DNA from: Lytechinus pictus | Taxonomy: Eukaryota | Assembly: GCF_037042905.1 (NCBI RefSeq) | Contig: NC_087246.1 | Coordinates: 22,320,001 to 22,384,000, forward strand | DNA length: 64,000 nucleotides | Direction: 5' to 3' | Part shown: positions 63,202 through 64,000 of the stretch, one piece after another | Layout: every line of letters begins with the position of its first letter | Position numbering within the stretch: position 1 is the first letter of the stretch | Program-made: the position numbers and the translations under genes | Notes under the pieces: model-generated | The model's database searches: none | Seen by the model: the letters and a program-made list of their open reading frames with translations, nothing else | What the model was told of the DNA's origin: nothing

Positions 63202-64000
63202 CAGTGGCGTAGCTACGGGGGGCCTAGGGGGCACGTGCCCCCCCCCGAGATTTGGTGTGCCCCCAGGTGCCCCCTGAAAAAATTGGCGGAGCAAAAAAAA
63301 GGAGAAAGAAGAAAAGAAAAAGAAAAAGAAGGGGAACTGAACGAAAAAAAGAAGAGGAAAATAAGAGGACGCGTGAATAAAATAATGTTGGGGGAAGACT
63401 TGAAAAAGAATCTTTCATGTTACTAAATAAAATTTTTGCTCGCGCTTCGCACTCGAATTGCCTGTTCGATGAGATTCATATCTTGCTCAATAGGCTGATA
63501 TGGAGCTTAATTTTGAAGTCAATATACAAAACATATTTCAGCTCGGACATCGAACTTTCATTATTTTTTTCAATTTACAAATTTAATGCACTCTGTAAAA
63601 ATAATGTCCGTTAATATGGTCTACAGATCAACATTTTAATCTCATGCACGCTGCGTGGTCACATTATTTGATTTGCCAAGTTCCTAATGTCTTCGTGTAT
63701 TCCATAAAGTTTTCAAAATATCAATTTTCAGATGTGACTGTCAAAACGTAGGCCTGTAAGTTAGCGCTGCGCGCTCGCATTTTGATTGGTGAGTACTCTA
63801 TGTCAATTCTATGTAAGCAAACAAAAACGCCAAGCATTTTCATTACATTTAATTAAAAAAAAATCAGCTCGCGATTTTCGCTCGCATTAATTGTTAAAAA
63901 TGTGTTATCCATTGTAATGCGTATTCATAATTTACAAAATGCTTATAATTTCTAGTTTTCAAGCCTTAAAGACAACAACTTCCACGCTGTCATTATGCAT
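63202..64000. mobile_element. Left part of a hAT-like non-autonomous element running off the window
   Basis: CAGTGGCGTAGCTACGGGGGG terminus and GCTCGCGCTTCGCRCTCG-type internal motifs. Confidence 0.6.

Overview
AT-rich, intron-rich animal genomic DNA with one 249-N assembly gap. It is most likely a marine invertebrate deuterostome such as a sea urchin, inferred from repeat content and intron positions shared with vertebrates. Three spliced genes lie in tandem on the minus strand. (1) A lipid phosphate phosphatase (PLPP/PAP2 family): five coding exons from 39495 down to 7278, with the terminal exon not confidently located. (2) A complete 7-exon, 387-aa PIPOX/sarcosine-oxidase-family flavoenzyme (51832-45540) with a remodelled active site and no C-terminal peroxisomal targeting signal (PTS1). 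(3) A complete 5-exon, 306-aa RDH8/HSD17B1-like short-chain dehydrogenase (62163-54313). Introns and intergenic DNA hold many transposon derivatives: a 4.9-kb Sola-like element, Harbinger-, hAT-, CACTA-, Kolobok- and IS3EU-like MITEs, a Helentron-type element, tRNA-SINEs and LINE tails. Two observations stand out. First, a CWG-targeting MITE sits exactly at the PIPOX exon 1/intron 1 junction; it supplies the splice donor and, with its target-site duplication (TSD), forms a complete GT-branchpoint-AG intron (introner-like or recursive-splicing architecture). Second, several internal alignments show that the abundant TACATGTA octamer arises by 6-bp insertion at TA sites. Almost all ORFs in the supplied track are spurious. 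All analysis was by eye; no database searches were run.
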